A stretch of DNA of 64,000 nucleotides from Acidobacteriota bacterium (GTDB lineage Bacteria; Acidobacteriota; UBA890; WLXD01), in assembly GCA_965205505.1 (NCBI GenBank), contig CBDBHB010000007.1, positions 160,001 to 224,000 of the forward strand, in the 5' to 3' direction. Made by a program: the position numbers and the translations under genes. This document shows positions 1-11,300 of the stretch, in pieces. The notes under the pieces were generated by a model. It made no database searches. It saw only the letters and a program-made list of their open reading frames with translations, and was not told where the DNA came from. The first letter of the stretch is position 1, and each line of letters opens with the position of its first letter.

Positions 1-228
1 TGTTACCTCCGCGTGTACCGTGTGCTCGGAGTCCACTGGGACCTTGAGGTGTCGCCGCGCGAGCCCGTGACGCCCAAGGCGTCGAGCCTATCCCGTCCGG
101 CCAATGGCTCGCGTGGCTGAAGCCTGCTCTGGGTGCCGGACGACCGGTGCCACGTCGTTGCCTGTGTGTTCCGTGCACGCAGTCGTCGAGACACCGAGCA
201 GGGCACCGCCCGTGCCCGCGCCCTCCCA

Positions 229-285
229 CTAGGTTCAGGACCTAGTGGGCGCAAGCCCGTGGGGGTTCAAGTCCCTCCTTGGGCA
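229..285 (+). tRNA. 3' fragment of tRNA-Leu(CAG), probable att-site remnant
   Basis: CTAGG-TTCAGGA-CCTAG anticodon arm, variable arm GGGC-GCAA-GCCC, T arm GGGGGTTCAAGTCCCTC, 3' acceptor strand CTTGGGC-A. No D arm or 5' acceptor strand upstream. Confidence 0.85.
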
Positions 286-691
286 CTACTCGTAAGCTGC
301 TCTGTACAAGGGAGATCTGGTCGGCAAGGGGCCAGATCTCGACGTCCACGTTCCGCGCTGAACGTTCAACGATCTAACATCCATCTAACATTTCGGCGCT
401 GGTCCGGTGTCAACAGGGCTGAGGCCTGGTGCGATTCTCCGAGGCAATCATCTTCCGTCGACGGTTCCCGCCTTCTTTCTGGCCGGGTTGCTCCGGGGAT
501 TTCGCTCCAGGACGCGTTGCGCCCTTCGCGCGTTCGCCTACCTCACCTTGGAGCGGACCGACTTGCTGGCCGCCTGCAGCTCACCGTCCGTCGGCGTCAC
601 GGTGCACTCCAGGCGGTCGCCCTTGGCGAACAGCACGTAGCTGTCGCCGGGGTCGCCATCGTCTCCCTGCCCCACAGTTTCACCGCGCCGC

Positions 692-1120
692 TCATGGCCT
701 GTCCGCGCCGCGTACGACGGCGCCACCCGCACCTGTTTCCCGCCCAAGCGCGGACATCTGTGACTCAACGATGGTTCGTGCATCCGTCACGCTACCGGTC
801 CGCGGCGACGAGCTTGATTTCCTCGTCGTCCGCGCGACGACCCGTTGGATTCGCTGGTCGGAGTCCCAGCTTCCGCCTGGCTCCGCCGCCTCGGCGATGT
901 AGCTGTACAACTCCCAGTAGTGCCGCACCGGCCCGCCAGTGTAGCCGTAGCCACGTGGCTCACAGGCATCAAGTACCAGTTCGGCCCGATCTTCTCCGAG
1001 CTTACAGACCGCCACGCCGTTCGTCAGCTCTATGCGTAACGTCGGATCTGGAGGTAGCGAATCGTCGAGATCAGGCGGCGGGCCGCCTGTAACCATGAGG
1101 GCATCCAGCCTTCGGGTCAT
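692..1120 (-). pseudogene. Truncated hypothetical protein
   Basis: Protein-like N-terminal ~95 aa that runs into low-complexity sequence; no family recognised. Confidence 0.3.
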
Positions 1121-1393
1121 CGTCTTCGGCCACCTTGTCCATAGTCACTCAGTCTGCTTCCGAGGCTCGGTCAACGAGGTGACGTCCCCCTTTCCGTAAA
1201 AAAAGGCGGCGGTGACGGTCGTTGCCCCACCTTCGATGCCGCGATCTATGCCCGCTACCGTTCGCAGGCCCAGCCGTCGTTGTCTCGATCCATTCGCCGC
1301 TGGTACGCGCAGTGGCTGCGTGACACCCCGTTGGGATGCTCACGCCGAAGCACCGTGCAGTTACGGTACGGACCACAGCCGCGCTGCGAGCTT

Positions 1394-2210
1394 CTAAGCA
1401 GGTGGCTTCACCGGTGCCGGGACAGCCCCATAGCCTCCCGTTTCGCAGACCACCCCATCCCCATCCGTGTCGCGCACGAACGGATACGCCGGGTGATCAC
1501 GCCTCACCGGTGCGATCCCGTGCGCTCTCGCCTCGGCGCAGCTAACGAACCCGTTCCTGTCCTCGTCCCACTCCGCGATCGCCTCAGGTGTCTGTGCGGA
1601 GGCGCCCCCTGCTCCTGCCGGCACCCCTCCCGTGCGGGGACACGACCATCCCCGTCGACGCACACCCCGCCAGCACACTCTCCAGCGCATCGGCTTCCGC
1701 CTGATCGATCGTCAGCTCGTATTTCTGGCGCACCGCCACCACCCGCGCGGCGAACCAGCACCGATTCCGCTCCGGCAACCATTCCGCCGCATCATGGTCC
1801 CGTTTCTGATACCGGTTCACGCTCGGCGCGGCGAGTGTCAGGTTGATCAGATCATTGGAGAACCGGCGTTTCGTTCCCCCGTCCGCCGCGCATAGACCAC
1901 TATCGTGCGCCTCTGACCGTGCCACGATGTGCTCGATGTCGGTCTCCGACTTGGATGTGAACCAGCGTCCTGTAAACGGGCCGTACACTCCGCCAAGTTG
2001 TGCGACGATGCGATCCTCGACCGACCGCGAGTACTGGTAATCGCCTGCTTCGTACGGTGAACATCGCCGCTCTGGCGCCACCACCAAACCGCGCCACGAT
2101 GACTGTCCCTGCGCCTCGCTCCCGGGCACCGTCTCAAGCTCCGACACCGACGCTATGCTTGCGCAGCCGACTGCAAGTGCTGACAGTAAGCACAGCGTCC
2201 TCTTCACCAT
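1394..2210 (-). CDS. Secreted DUF1524-type HNH endonuclease with C-terminal Excalibur Ca-binding domain (frameshift near 1630)
   Basis: Signal-like MVKRTLCLLSALAVGC; HNH motifs DIEHIV...NLTLA...VNRYQK; Excalibur motif SCAEARAHGIAPV...DTDGDGVVCE in the adjacent frame. Confidence 0.8.
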
Positions 2211-2407
2211 GTGACCTACCCGAATCGCTTCGACGTGGCCTTGCTTGCCTCGCCCCAGGGCGAAAGCAACCTCCAGGCGAAGCGGTGTCGAGGTCAGGGC
2301 TGATGTCTCGCAAGCCCGCAGGAGGGTGTTCATCGCTTCCGGAAGCCTCCCAGGAGGCATTAATCTAGTCGGACTATGCTACGCGTCGCGACAGGAGTGC
2401 ACCTGCA

Positions 2408-4081
2408 TTGAAGCCCATAGACCCAGCACGGAGACGGATCTGGATCGCTACCACCCTCGCAATCGCGGCGAGCGTGCTACTCGCCAGCGCTGCAATTTCG
2501 GCACAGGAAGATCTCGACGCGCTCCGGCGCGAAGCCGAGCAGGGCGACGCTGACGCTCAGTACAACCTTGGGCGCATGTACGACGACGGCGAGGCAATTC
2601 GCTGGTATCGTCTCGCTGCCGATCAGGGCCACGCCAACGCGCAGGCCAGCCTCGGATACATGTACGCCAGCGGCCGAGGCGTCACGCGGGATAACGCCGA
2701 AGCCGTGCGCTGGTATCGCTTAGCTGCCCAGCAAGATGACGCGCGTGCGCAGCACTTGCTCGGGGTCATGTACGATTACGGGAGGGGCGTCCCCCAGGAC
2801 GATGCCGAGGCGGCGCGCTGGTACCGCCTGGCCGCCGAGCAGGGTGACGCGACCAGGCAGTACTTGCTCGGGATCAGGTACGCCATGGGCGACGGCGTGC
2901 CGAAGGACGATGCCGAGGCGGTACGCTGGTACCGAATGGCCGCCGACCAGGGTTATGCCACCGCGCAGTACTGGCTCGGGCTCATGTACGCCAACGGCAA
3001 CGGCGTGCCGGAGGACGACGCCGAAGCGGCGCGCTGGTGGCGTCTGGCCGCCGAGCAGGGTGACGCCTCCAGGCAATCACAGCTCGGGGACATATACGCG
3101 TATGGGCGTATCGTCTCCGAGGACAACGCCGAAGCGATGCTCTGGTACCGAATGGCCGCCGATCAGGGTTACGCCTCAGCCCAGAACAGCCTCGGGGACA
3201 TGTACTACTTCGGCGAGGGTGTTCCCAAAAACTTGGCCGAAGCGATGCGCTGGTACCGCCTCGCTGCTGAGCAAGGCTACAACTTCGCCCAGGACAGACT
3301 CGGGGACATGTATGCCGCCGGCGAAGGTGTTTCCCAGGATTATGCCGAAGCCATGCGCTGGTATCGTCTAGCCGCCGAGCAAGGCTACGACTCCGCCCAA
3401 TACAGCCTCGGGTCGATGTACGACTTCGGCGAGGGTGTCCCGGAAGACAATGCTGAAGCCCTCCGCTGGTATCGTCTAGCCGCCGAAGAACGCCAGGGGG
3501 TGTTCGCCGGTCTTCCGGGAAACGCCTATGCCCAGTTCACCCTCGGGGTCATGTACGCCAACGGCGAGGGTGTCCGCAGGGACCGCGCTGAAGCCCTCCG
3601 CTGGTACCGCCTGGCCGCCGAGCAGGGTTACGCCAGCGCGCAGTTTAACCTCGGGGTCATGTACGCTAACGGGCGTGGCCGGGGCGTCCGCAAGGACGAG
3701 GCCGAAGCGGTGCGCTGGTATCGCTTGGCCGCCGAGCAAGGCGACGCTGACGCGCAGCTCAACCTCGGGGTCATGTACGACAACGGGCGGGGCGTCCTCA
3801 AAGACAACACCGAAGCCCTCAGTTGGTACCGCTTGGCCGCCGAACAGGGTGACGCCAAGGCCCATTTCAACCTTGGGCTCAAGTACGCCAACGGCGAAGG
3901 TGTCCTCAAGGATTCCGTGCTTGCGCACATGTGGTTCAACATCGCCGGCGCTAATGGGAACGAAGCCGCCAGGAGGCGTAGGGGCAACCTTGAACCAGAC
4001 ATGACCGGCGCCCAGATCAGCCGAGCGACCGAACTGGCGCGGGCGTGCATGGCCTCCGACTACCAGGACTGCGAGCCGTAG
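2408..4081 (+). CDS. Exported Sel1-like repeat (SLR) protein, about 13 repeats
   Basis: Signal peptide followed by ~36-aa repeats AQxxLGxMYxxGxGVxxDxAEAxRWYRLAAEQG. Confidence 0.95.
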   Translation: MKPIDPARRRIWIATTLAIAASVLLASAAISAQEDLDALRREAEQGDADAQYNLGRMYDDGEAIRWYRLAADQGHANAQASLGYMYASGRGVTRDNAEAVRWYRLAAQQDDARAQHLLGVMYDYGRGVPQDDAEAARWYRLAAEQGDATRQYLLGIRYAMGDGVPKDDAEAVRWYRMAADQGYATAQYWLGLMYANGNGVPEDDAEAARWWRLAAEQGDASRQSQLGDIYAYGRIVSEDNAEAMLWYRMAADQGYASAQNSLGDMYYFGEGVPKNLAEAMRWYRLAAEQGYNFAQDRLGDMYAAGEGVSQDYAEAMRWYRLAAEQGYDSAQYSLGSMYDFGEGVPEDNAEALRWYRLAAEERQGVFAGLPGNAYAQFTLGVMYANGEGVRRDRAEALRWYRLAAEQGYASAQFNLGVMYANGRGRGVRKDEAEAVRWYRLAAEQGDADAQLNLGVMYDNGRGVLKDNTEALSWYRLAAEQGDAKAHFNLGLKYANGEGVLKDSVLAHMWFNIAGANGNEAARRRRGNLEPDMTGAQISRATELARACMASDYQDCEP

Positions 4082-4885
4082 GCCAGCCGCTACGGCGGGC
4101 TAGCCTAGGCTAGCCTTGAGGCAGCGCGGGCCTTAGTTACTAAGAAGTCTCCGCATTGGAACATCAATCGCTACCGATCGCGGGCAGCGGCAAGTCGGTT
4201 GCGGTCGGCACGGGCGGCCGCCACGTCGGCAGTCTTGCCCCTAACGTGCGCCAGAGAATTCCTACCGCCCCTTGGTGACGACCGGCATCCCCGCCTCTGC
4301 CACTTTCGAATCTCATCCGCCGATCGCCTAAGCGCCTTCGCCAGCCGGACGCAGCTCATCAAGTGTCGACAGATCGCCGAGATCCGATGTCGGCCGCGTT
4401 CTCAGTGAAGCGCCACCGTCCGATCGGAGGCCATGCTGCCGTTGCGCGATCCGTTCGAGCGTTGCGGCCCGGCATTTTACCGCATCCACACCGGAGCTAT
4501 CTTGCGTCGCCTTCGCGCCCGTGAGCATCGCTTCGATCGCAACGCCGGCCCGGATCAGCCGGCAGAGCTCACCGACGGTCATCCGCATGCCGCCCTTCGA
4601 CATCGCGGCGAGTTCGGATCGGCGGTTCGCTGGGGATCCCCCACCGCCCATCGAGCCGGCGGCAAACCGCACTGTACGTCGGAATAGGTTGGTTCGCCGC
4701 GTCGGCACGGTGCAGGATGTGCGCGTACGGCAACGACCACCAGCGCGAGCGCGATCACTGCCCCCAACCACGATCAACGCATCGATCACGCCGGCTGCCA
4801 CGAGCACGATCAGGACCAACGAGCGCACCACAAAGATCACCGCGCCCACCACCTTCGACCCCGACGCCGAGACATTGGACCCGAC

Positions 4886-7016
4886 ATGAACCACAGCGAG
4901 ATCACGAGCTTCATCTGGGGCGTAGCGGACCTGATCCGCGACACCTTCAAGCGAGGCAAGTACCAGGACGTGATCCTGCCGCTCACCGTGCTGCGGCGCC
5001 TCGACTGCGTGCTGGCCCCCACCAAAGGGCAGGTGCTGGCGGTCCAGGCCAAGTACCGGGGCAGGATCGAGAACCTCGAGCCGCAGCTTCGGCGCGCCTC
5101 CGGCTTCGCGTTCTACAACACCTCCCGCTACGACTTCGACAAACTGCTCGCTGACGCGCCCCACATCGCTCAGAACCTGCGCAACTGGATCGCAGGGTTC
5201 AGCCCCAACATGCGCGAGGTGCTGGAGAAGTTCGACTTCGACAACACCATCGCCAAGCTCGACGAGGCGGGGCTCCTGTTCCAGGTCTTGCAGCGGTTCG
5301 GCGACCCGAAGGTGAATCTGCACCCGGACCTGGTCGACAACTTTCACGATGGGCACGGTCTTCGAGGAGCTCATCCGGAAGTTCAACGAGGCGCTGAACG
5401 AAAACCCGGGTGAGCACTTCACTCCCCGCGATGTGGTCCATCTCATGGTGGACCTGTTGCTGGCTGGCGACGAGCAACGGCTGCGTACCAAGGGGGTCGT
5501 GCTGAGCGTCTACGACCCGTGCTGCGGCTCGGGCGGCATGCTCACCATCGCCAAGGAGCACATCAACGTGGGAGAAAGGCGCGAGGGCGAACTCTGCGGC
5601 AGCGCCGTGAACCCTGATGCCGACATTCACCTGTTCGGCCAGGAGGTGAACCCGGAGACCTTCGGCATCTGCAAATCGGATCTCTTCATGAAGTCGGAAG
5701 ACGGCCGCGACGCGGACAACGTCCTGTTCGGCAGCACGCTCTCCAACGACCGGCACGCCAGCACAACGTTCGACTACATGATCGCCAATCCACCCTACGG
5801 CAAGGACTGGAAGCGCGACCAGGACGCGGTGCGGGCCGAGCACGACCGGGGAGACGCCGGTCGCTTCGGTGCGGGCTTGCCGCGGATCAGCGATGGCCAG
5901 CTGCTGTTCCTATTGCACATGCTCGCGCACTCCAAGGAGCACGCCCAGGGCGGCTCGCGGGTCGCGATCATCATGAACGGCTCGCCGCTCTTTACCGGTG
6001 ATGCGGGCAGCGGTGAGAGCGAGATCCGCCGCTGGATCCTCGAGAACGATCTGCTGGAAGCGCTGATCGCACTGCCCGAGCAGCTGTTCTACAACACGGG
6101 CATCGCGACCTATGTCTGGGTGCTCACGAACCGGAAACGGCCTGAGCGGGCTGGCAGGGTGCAGCTCATCGATGCCACCTCGTTCTGGGTCCCGCTACGC
6201 AAGAGCCTGGGTGCGAAGCGTCGCGAGGTACCGTTGGAGCGAAAGGAGGAGATTCTGCAGCTGCTGGCGGAGTTCGAGGATGGCGCGATCCGCAAGGTGG
6301 TCCAGGACGGCGAGGAGCGCGAGGTTGTCGTCAGCCGCATCTACCCGACCACGCACTTCGGCTTTCGCAAGATCACGGTGGAGCGTCCGCTCAAGCTCGA
6401 TTTCCAGGCCAGCCCCGAGCGGACTGCTCGGCTCGAAGAGGAGCGCACCTTCGTCAACCTGGCGGTTTCGCGCAAGAAGGGCGAAGCGAAGGCGAAGGAC
6501 GAGGAGGCGGGCCAGGAGCAACAGGCCGAGATCCGGGCCCTGCTGCAGAATCTGCCGGACGAGCTGTTCCTGGATCGAGCGGTCTTCGAGGCCGAGCTTT
6601 CCCAGGCGGCCCAAGAAGCGAAGCTCAAGCTCGCTGCTCCCATCAAGAAGGCCATTTTCTCCGCGTTGTCCGAGCGCAACGAGGAGGCAGAGATCTGCCG
6701 AGACCGGGAAGGTCTCCCTGAGCCTGATCCCCAGCTTCGCGACACGGAGAGAGTGCCGCTGCTGGAGGATGTCGAGTCGTTCTTCGAGCGGGAGGTGAAG
6801 CCGCACGTTCCCGACGCCTGGATCGACACGAAACGCCGGGATGCGCGGGATGGACAGGTCGGGCTCGTGGGCTACGAGATCAACTTCAACCGCTACTTCT
6901 ACGAATACGTTCCGCCGAGGCCGTTAGAGGAAATCGAGGCGGACATCCGGTCAATCGGACAGGAGATCGTGATGGCACTTGCCGAGCTCACTCACGCGGC
7001 CACCACGCGCGAATGA
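4886..7016 (+). CDS. hsdM: Type I R-M methyltransferase subunit, +1 frameshift near 5343
   Basis: N-terminus ADLIRDTFKRGKYQDVILPLTVLRRLD; GEHFTPRDVV, YDPCCGSGGML, NPPY. ORFs 4886-5413 and 5349-7016 join if one T is removed from AAC TTT CAC. Confidence 0.93.
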
Positions 7017-8326
7017 ACCTCATGGGCGCTCACGACCCGATCGGAACGCAGCTTCTCCGTTCCATGCCCGACCGCTGGCCCGTCACAAGAATGAAGGCTG
7101 CCCTTCGCCGGATTGAAGATCGATCCCGTACTGGGGTGGAGACCCTGCTCGCGGTCTCCGAATACTACGGAGTCAAGCCTCGGCAGGACGTGATCGGTGA
7201 AGACGAGTTTCTTTCCCGTTCAGAGTCGTTGGAGGGCTATAAGCGCTGCAGGGCAGGCGATCTCGTGATCAACATAATGCTCGCGTGGAAGACCGCTCTC
7301 GGTGTTGCGGCCTGCGACGGGATCGTCAGCCCGGCCTACGAGGTATTTCGGCCGAAGAGAGGGACGGTCGATCCCCGGTTCTTAGGTTATTTGCTCCGAT
7401 CTCGGCACTACGTGGTGCTCTTCAAGAGCTGGTCCTACGGGATCGTCGACTCCAGGCTACGGCTCTATCCGGATGTCTTTCTCCGCTTGCCACTCGTAAC
7501 GCCACATCCCGAAGAACAGAAGGCCATCGCCGCTTTCCTGGACCGCGAGACAGCGAAGATCGATGGGTTGGTGGCGGACAAGGAGCGGCTGATCGAGCTA
7601 CTTCAGGAGAAACGCACCGCCCTCATCACCCGTGCTGTCACCCGGGGCCTGGACCCGAACGTCCCCATGAAGGATTCCGGTGTGGAGTGGCTGGGCGAGG
7701 TCCCGGCGAACTGGAATGTGCACCGGCTAAAGTTCCTTCTCCAAGAGCCCCTGCATTACGGGGCGAACGAGCCCGCAGAACTGATGGACCCAGACTTGCC
7801 ACGGTACATCCGGATCACTGACGTCGGTGAGGATGGACGGCTGCGAGAAGAGACGTTCCGCTCCATTCCAGAGGACATCGCAAGACCGCACCTACTCCGA
7901 GATGGCGACCTTCTGTTCGCTAGGAGCGGGGCTACTGTCGGCAAGACGTTCCGTTTCGATCCAAGTTGGGGCAGAGCCGCACATGCAGGCTACCTAATCC
8001 GGGCTCGCCTCAAGTCGCCGCGCTGTAATAGTCGCTTCGTGCGTTACTTCACGACCTCCGTAAGCTAATGGAGTTGGCTGCGAAGTAACTTCATCCAGGC
8101 GACGATTCAGAATGTCAGTGCCGACCGATACGCAAATCTAGAAATACCCCTGCCGAAGCTGCGAGAACAACAAGCGATTGTGTATCGCCTGGACCGCGAG
8201 ACGGCCAAGATCGACGCCCTCACCGGCAAGATCCGCCAAGCCATTGAGCACCTCAAAGAGTTCCGCACCGCGCTGATCTCCGCAGCGGTCACCGGCAAGA
8301 TCGACGTCCGGGAACAAGCGGCATGA
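7013..8326 (+). CDS. hsdS: Type I R-M specificity subunit, in-frame TAA at 8066-8068
   Basis: Two TRDs and conserved EEQKAIAAFLDRETAKID / MKDSGVEWLGEVP. The same frame continues after the TAA as WSWLRSNFIQATIQNVSA...RTALISAAVTGKIDVR and ends in an ATGA overlap with hsdR. Confidence 0.9.
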
Positions 8327-11300
8327 GCCCCGAGGTCTCCGAGCAGGCCTTCGAGGAGGCGATCGAGTACGCGCTGCTGCGGAACGGGATCGGCGCGCGC
8401 CCGGACGATACGACGGCCGTGGGAGAGTCAGCGCCCGAGTACGACGATGAGCCGGTGCCGGGCGGCTACCGCAAGCGTCGGCCGGAGGACTACGACCGCG
8501 GCCTCTGCCTGATTCCGTCCGATGTCGTCGACTTCCTCCTGGCCACCCAGCCCAAGGAGTGGGACAAGCTCAAGCAGCACCACGGCGCTCACGTGAAGGT
8601 GCGCTTCCTGAGCCGGCTGTCGCGCGAGATCGGCCGGCGGGGGGCACTCGACGTACTCCGCAATGGCGTCAAAGACTCGGGCTGCAGGTTCCGGCTCGCT
8701 TACTTCCGGCCTGCGAGCGGGCTCAACGAACAGCTGCAGCGCCTTCACGCGGCCAACCTCTTTGCCGTGGTGCGCCAGCTTCGCTTCAGCGAGCAGAGCG
8801 AGGAGAGCCTCGATCTCGCGCTGTTTTTGAACGGCATCCCCATCTTCACGGCCGAGCTCAAGAACCCGCTCAACGGCCAGGACGTGCAGGACGCCATCCA
8901 GCAGTACCGGCACAACCGTGACCCCCGGGAGCCGCTCCTCTCCTACGGGCGCTGCCTTGCCCACTTCGCCGTGGACCCGGAGCTGGTGTTCGTGACGACG
9001 CAGCTGTCCGGGCCCGGGACCCGGTTCCTACCCTTCAACCAAGGGCGCTTCGGCGGCGCAGGGAATTCACCGGTCCCGCCCACCCGTCCGGGCTTTCCGA
9101 CCGACTACCTGTGGGAGCAGATCTGGGCCCGGGACAGTGTCCTGGACCTGCTCCGTCAGTTCATTCACGAGGTGCAGGAGGAGGACGATGCCGGACGCAA
9201 GACCGGCAAGCGCTTCCTGATCTTCCCGCGCTACCAGCAGCTGGACTGCGTGCGCCGCCTTGTGCGCCATGCGCGAGAGCACGGCACCGGCGAGCGCTAT
9301 CTGATCCAGCACTCTGCGGGCAGCGGCAAGAGCTTCACGATCGCCTGGCTCGCCCACCAGCTCTCGGTGCTGCATGACCGAGAGGACCGGCGTGTGTTCG
9401 ACTCGGTCATCGTGGTGACCGATCGGCGGGTGCTCGATCGCCAGTTGCAGCGCACCATCCGGCAGTTCGAGCAGACCCTCGGCGTGGTGGAAAACATCGA
9501 CCAGACCTCCCGCCAGCTGCGTGAGGCTCTCGAGGCTGGCCGGACGATCATCGTCACCACGCTGCAGAAGTTCCCGGTGATCGCCGAGCAGATCGGCCAG
9601 CTCCCCGGTCAGCGCTTCGGAGTCATCGTGGACGAGGCCCATTCTTCGCAGTCTGGCGAGAGCACCAAGAGCCTCAAGGCGGTGCTCAGAGCAGGGACTC
9701 TGGAGCAGGCCGAACAGGAGGAAGTGGGCGCGGAGACCCCCGAAGAGGAGATCGACAACCGGGTCCTCGACGAGATCCAAAGCCGCGGGCGGCAGCCGAA
9801 CCTCTCGACGTTCGCCTTCACGGCGACCCCGAAGCCCAAGACGCTGGAGCTGTTCGGCCACAAGCGGCCGGACGGGAAGTTCGAGCCCTTCCATCTTTAC
9901 AGCATGCGCCAGGCGATCCAGGAGAGGTTCATCCTCGACGTGCTCGCCAACTACACCACCTACAAGGCCTACTGGCGCCTGCTGAAAAAGATCGAGCAGG
10001 ACCCGCGGTACGACAAGAGTCAGGCGGAGTACCTGCTCAAGTCCTTCGTCGAGCTGCACCCGCATGCCATCCGCGACAAGATCGCCATCTGCGTGGAGCA
10101 TTTCGCCGCGCAGGTCGCACGTGAGATCCGCGGGCGGGCCAAGGCGATGATCGTGACGCGATCACGCCTGCACGCGGTGCGGGCCAAGCTCGCTCTGGAT
10201 CAGTATCTGGACGATAAGGGCCATCCGTACAGGGCGCTCGTCGCTTTTTCCGGAACGGTGAAGGACAAGGGCGCCTCCTACACGGAGTCCGGCATGAACT
10301 CCGCCGGGCAGGAGCGAGTGATCGGCGAGCGGCAGACGGCAGACGAGTTCGGCAAGCCTCAGTACCGCTTCCTGGTGGTCGCCAGCAAGTTCCAGACCGG
10401 ATTCGATCAGCCATTGCTGCACACGATGTACGTGGACAAGAAGCTCGGTGGGGTGAACGCGGTCCAGACGCTGTCCCGCCTGAACCGCACCCACCCCGGC
10501 AAGAAGGGCACGATGGTGCTCGACTTCGCCAACGAGGCCGAGGAGATCCGGAAAGCCTTCGAGCCGTACTACGAGACCACCCTGCTTTCCGAGGAGACCG
10601 ACCCCAACCTCCTGTACGAAGTCCAGGACAGGCTGCTCAACTACGGCGTGTTCGCGGCCGACGACGTGGAGGCCTTCGGGCGGGTGTACTTCGACCCCAA
10701 GGGCACCCAGGACAGACTGTACGCGGCGCTGGAGCCGGCGCGTCAGCGCTTCGGGGAGCTTGGGCCCGAGGAGGGAGGCGACTTCCGTGGCGACCTCAGC
10801 GACTACGCGCGCCTGTACGCGTTCCTGTCCCAGGTGCTGAGATTCGCCGACCTCGACCTGGAGAAGCTCTACGTCTTTGCCCGACACCTCAGGCGCCTGC
10901 TGCCGGCCAGCCGTGAGGAGTTACCTCTCGAGGTGCAGCAGAACATCGACATGGAGTCCTTCCGCATCCAGCAGACGAGCCAGGGCTCAATCGCGCTGGA
11001 GCGGCAGGTCTGGCCGCTCGACCCGGCCGGCAGCAAGCCGCACAGTGGGGCCGGCGCGCAGGAACTGGAGGCGCTCTCGCGCATCATCGAGGCGCTCAAC
11101 GAGCGCTTCGGCACAGAGCTCGGCCCTGAGCACCGCGTCGCACTCGAGCGCATCCGGTTGGCCCTGGAAGAGGACGACGGGCTGGAGGCCAGCGCCCGGG
11201 TGAACACGCGCGAGAACGTGCGGCTGACCTTCGACCCCAAGGTTGAGGACAAGTTCCAGGAGTTCGTCGAGACCAACTTCGAGCTGTACAAGCGCATCAC

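Noticed and set aside
229-285. Split or permuted tRNA gene
   Set aside because: No matching 5' half was found in the window; att-site duplication is the simpler explanation.
2550-3950. ~108-bp periodic DNA repeats
   Set aside because: Fully explained by Sel1 protein repeats.
4098-4115. Perfect 18-bp palindrome GGCTAGCCTAGGCTAGCC after the SLR gene
   Set aside because: It is real but a single copy with no U-tract; it may be a CTAG-element footprint, and no function can be supported.
8066-8068. Stop-codon read-through in hsdS
   Set aside because: The codon is TAA, which is not a Sec or Pyl codon.
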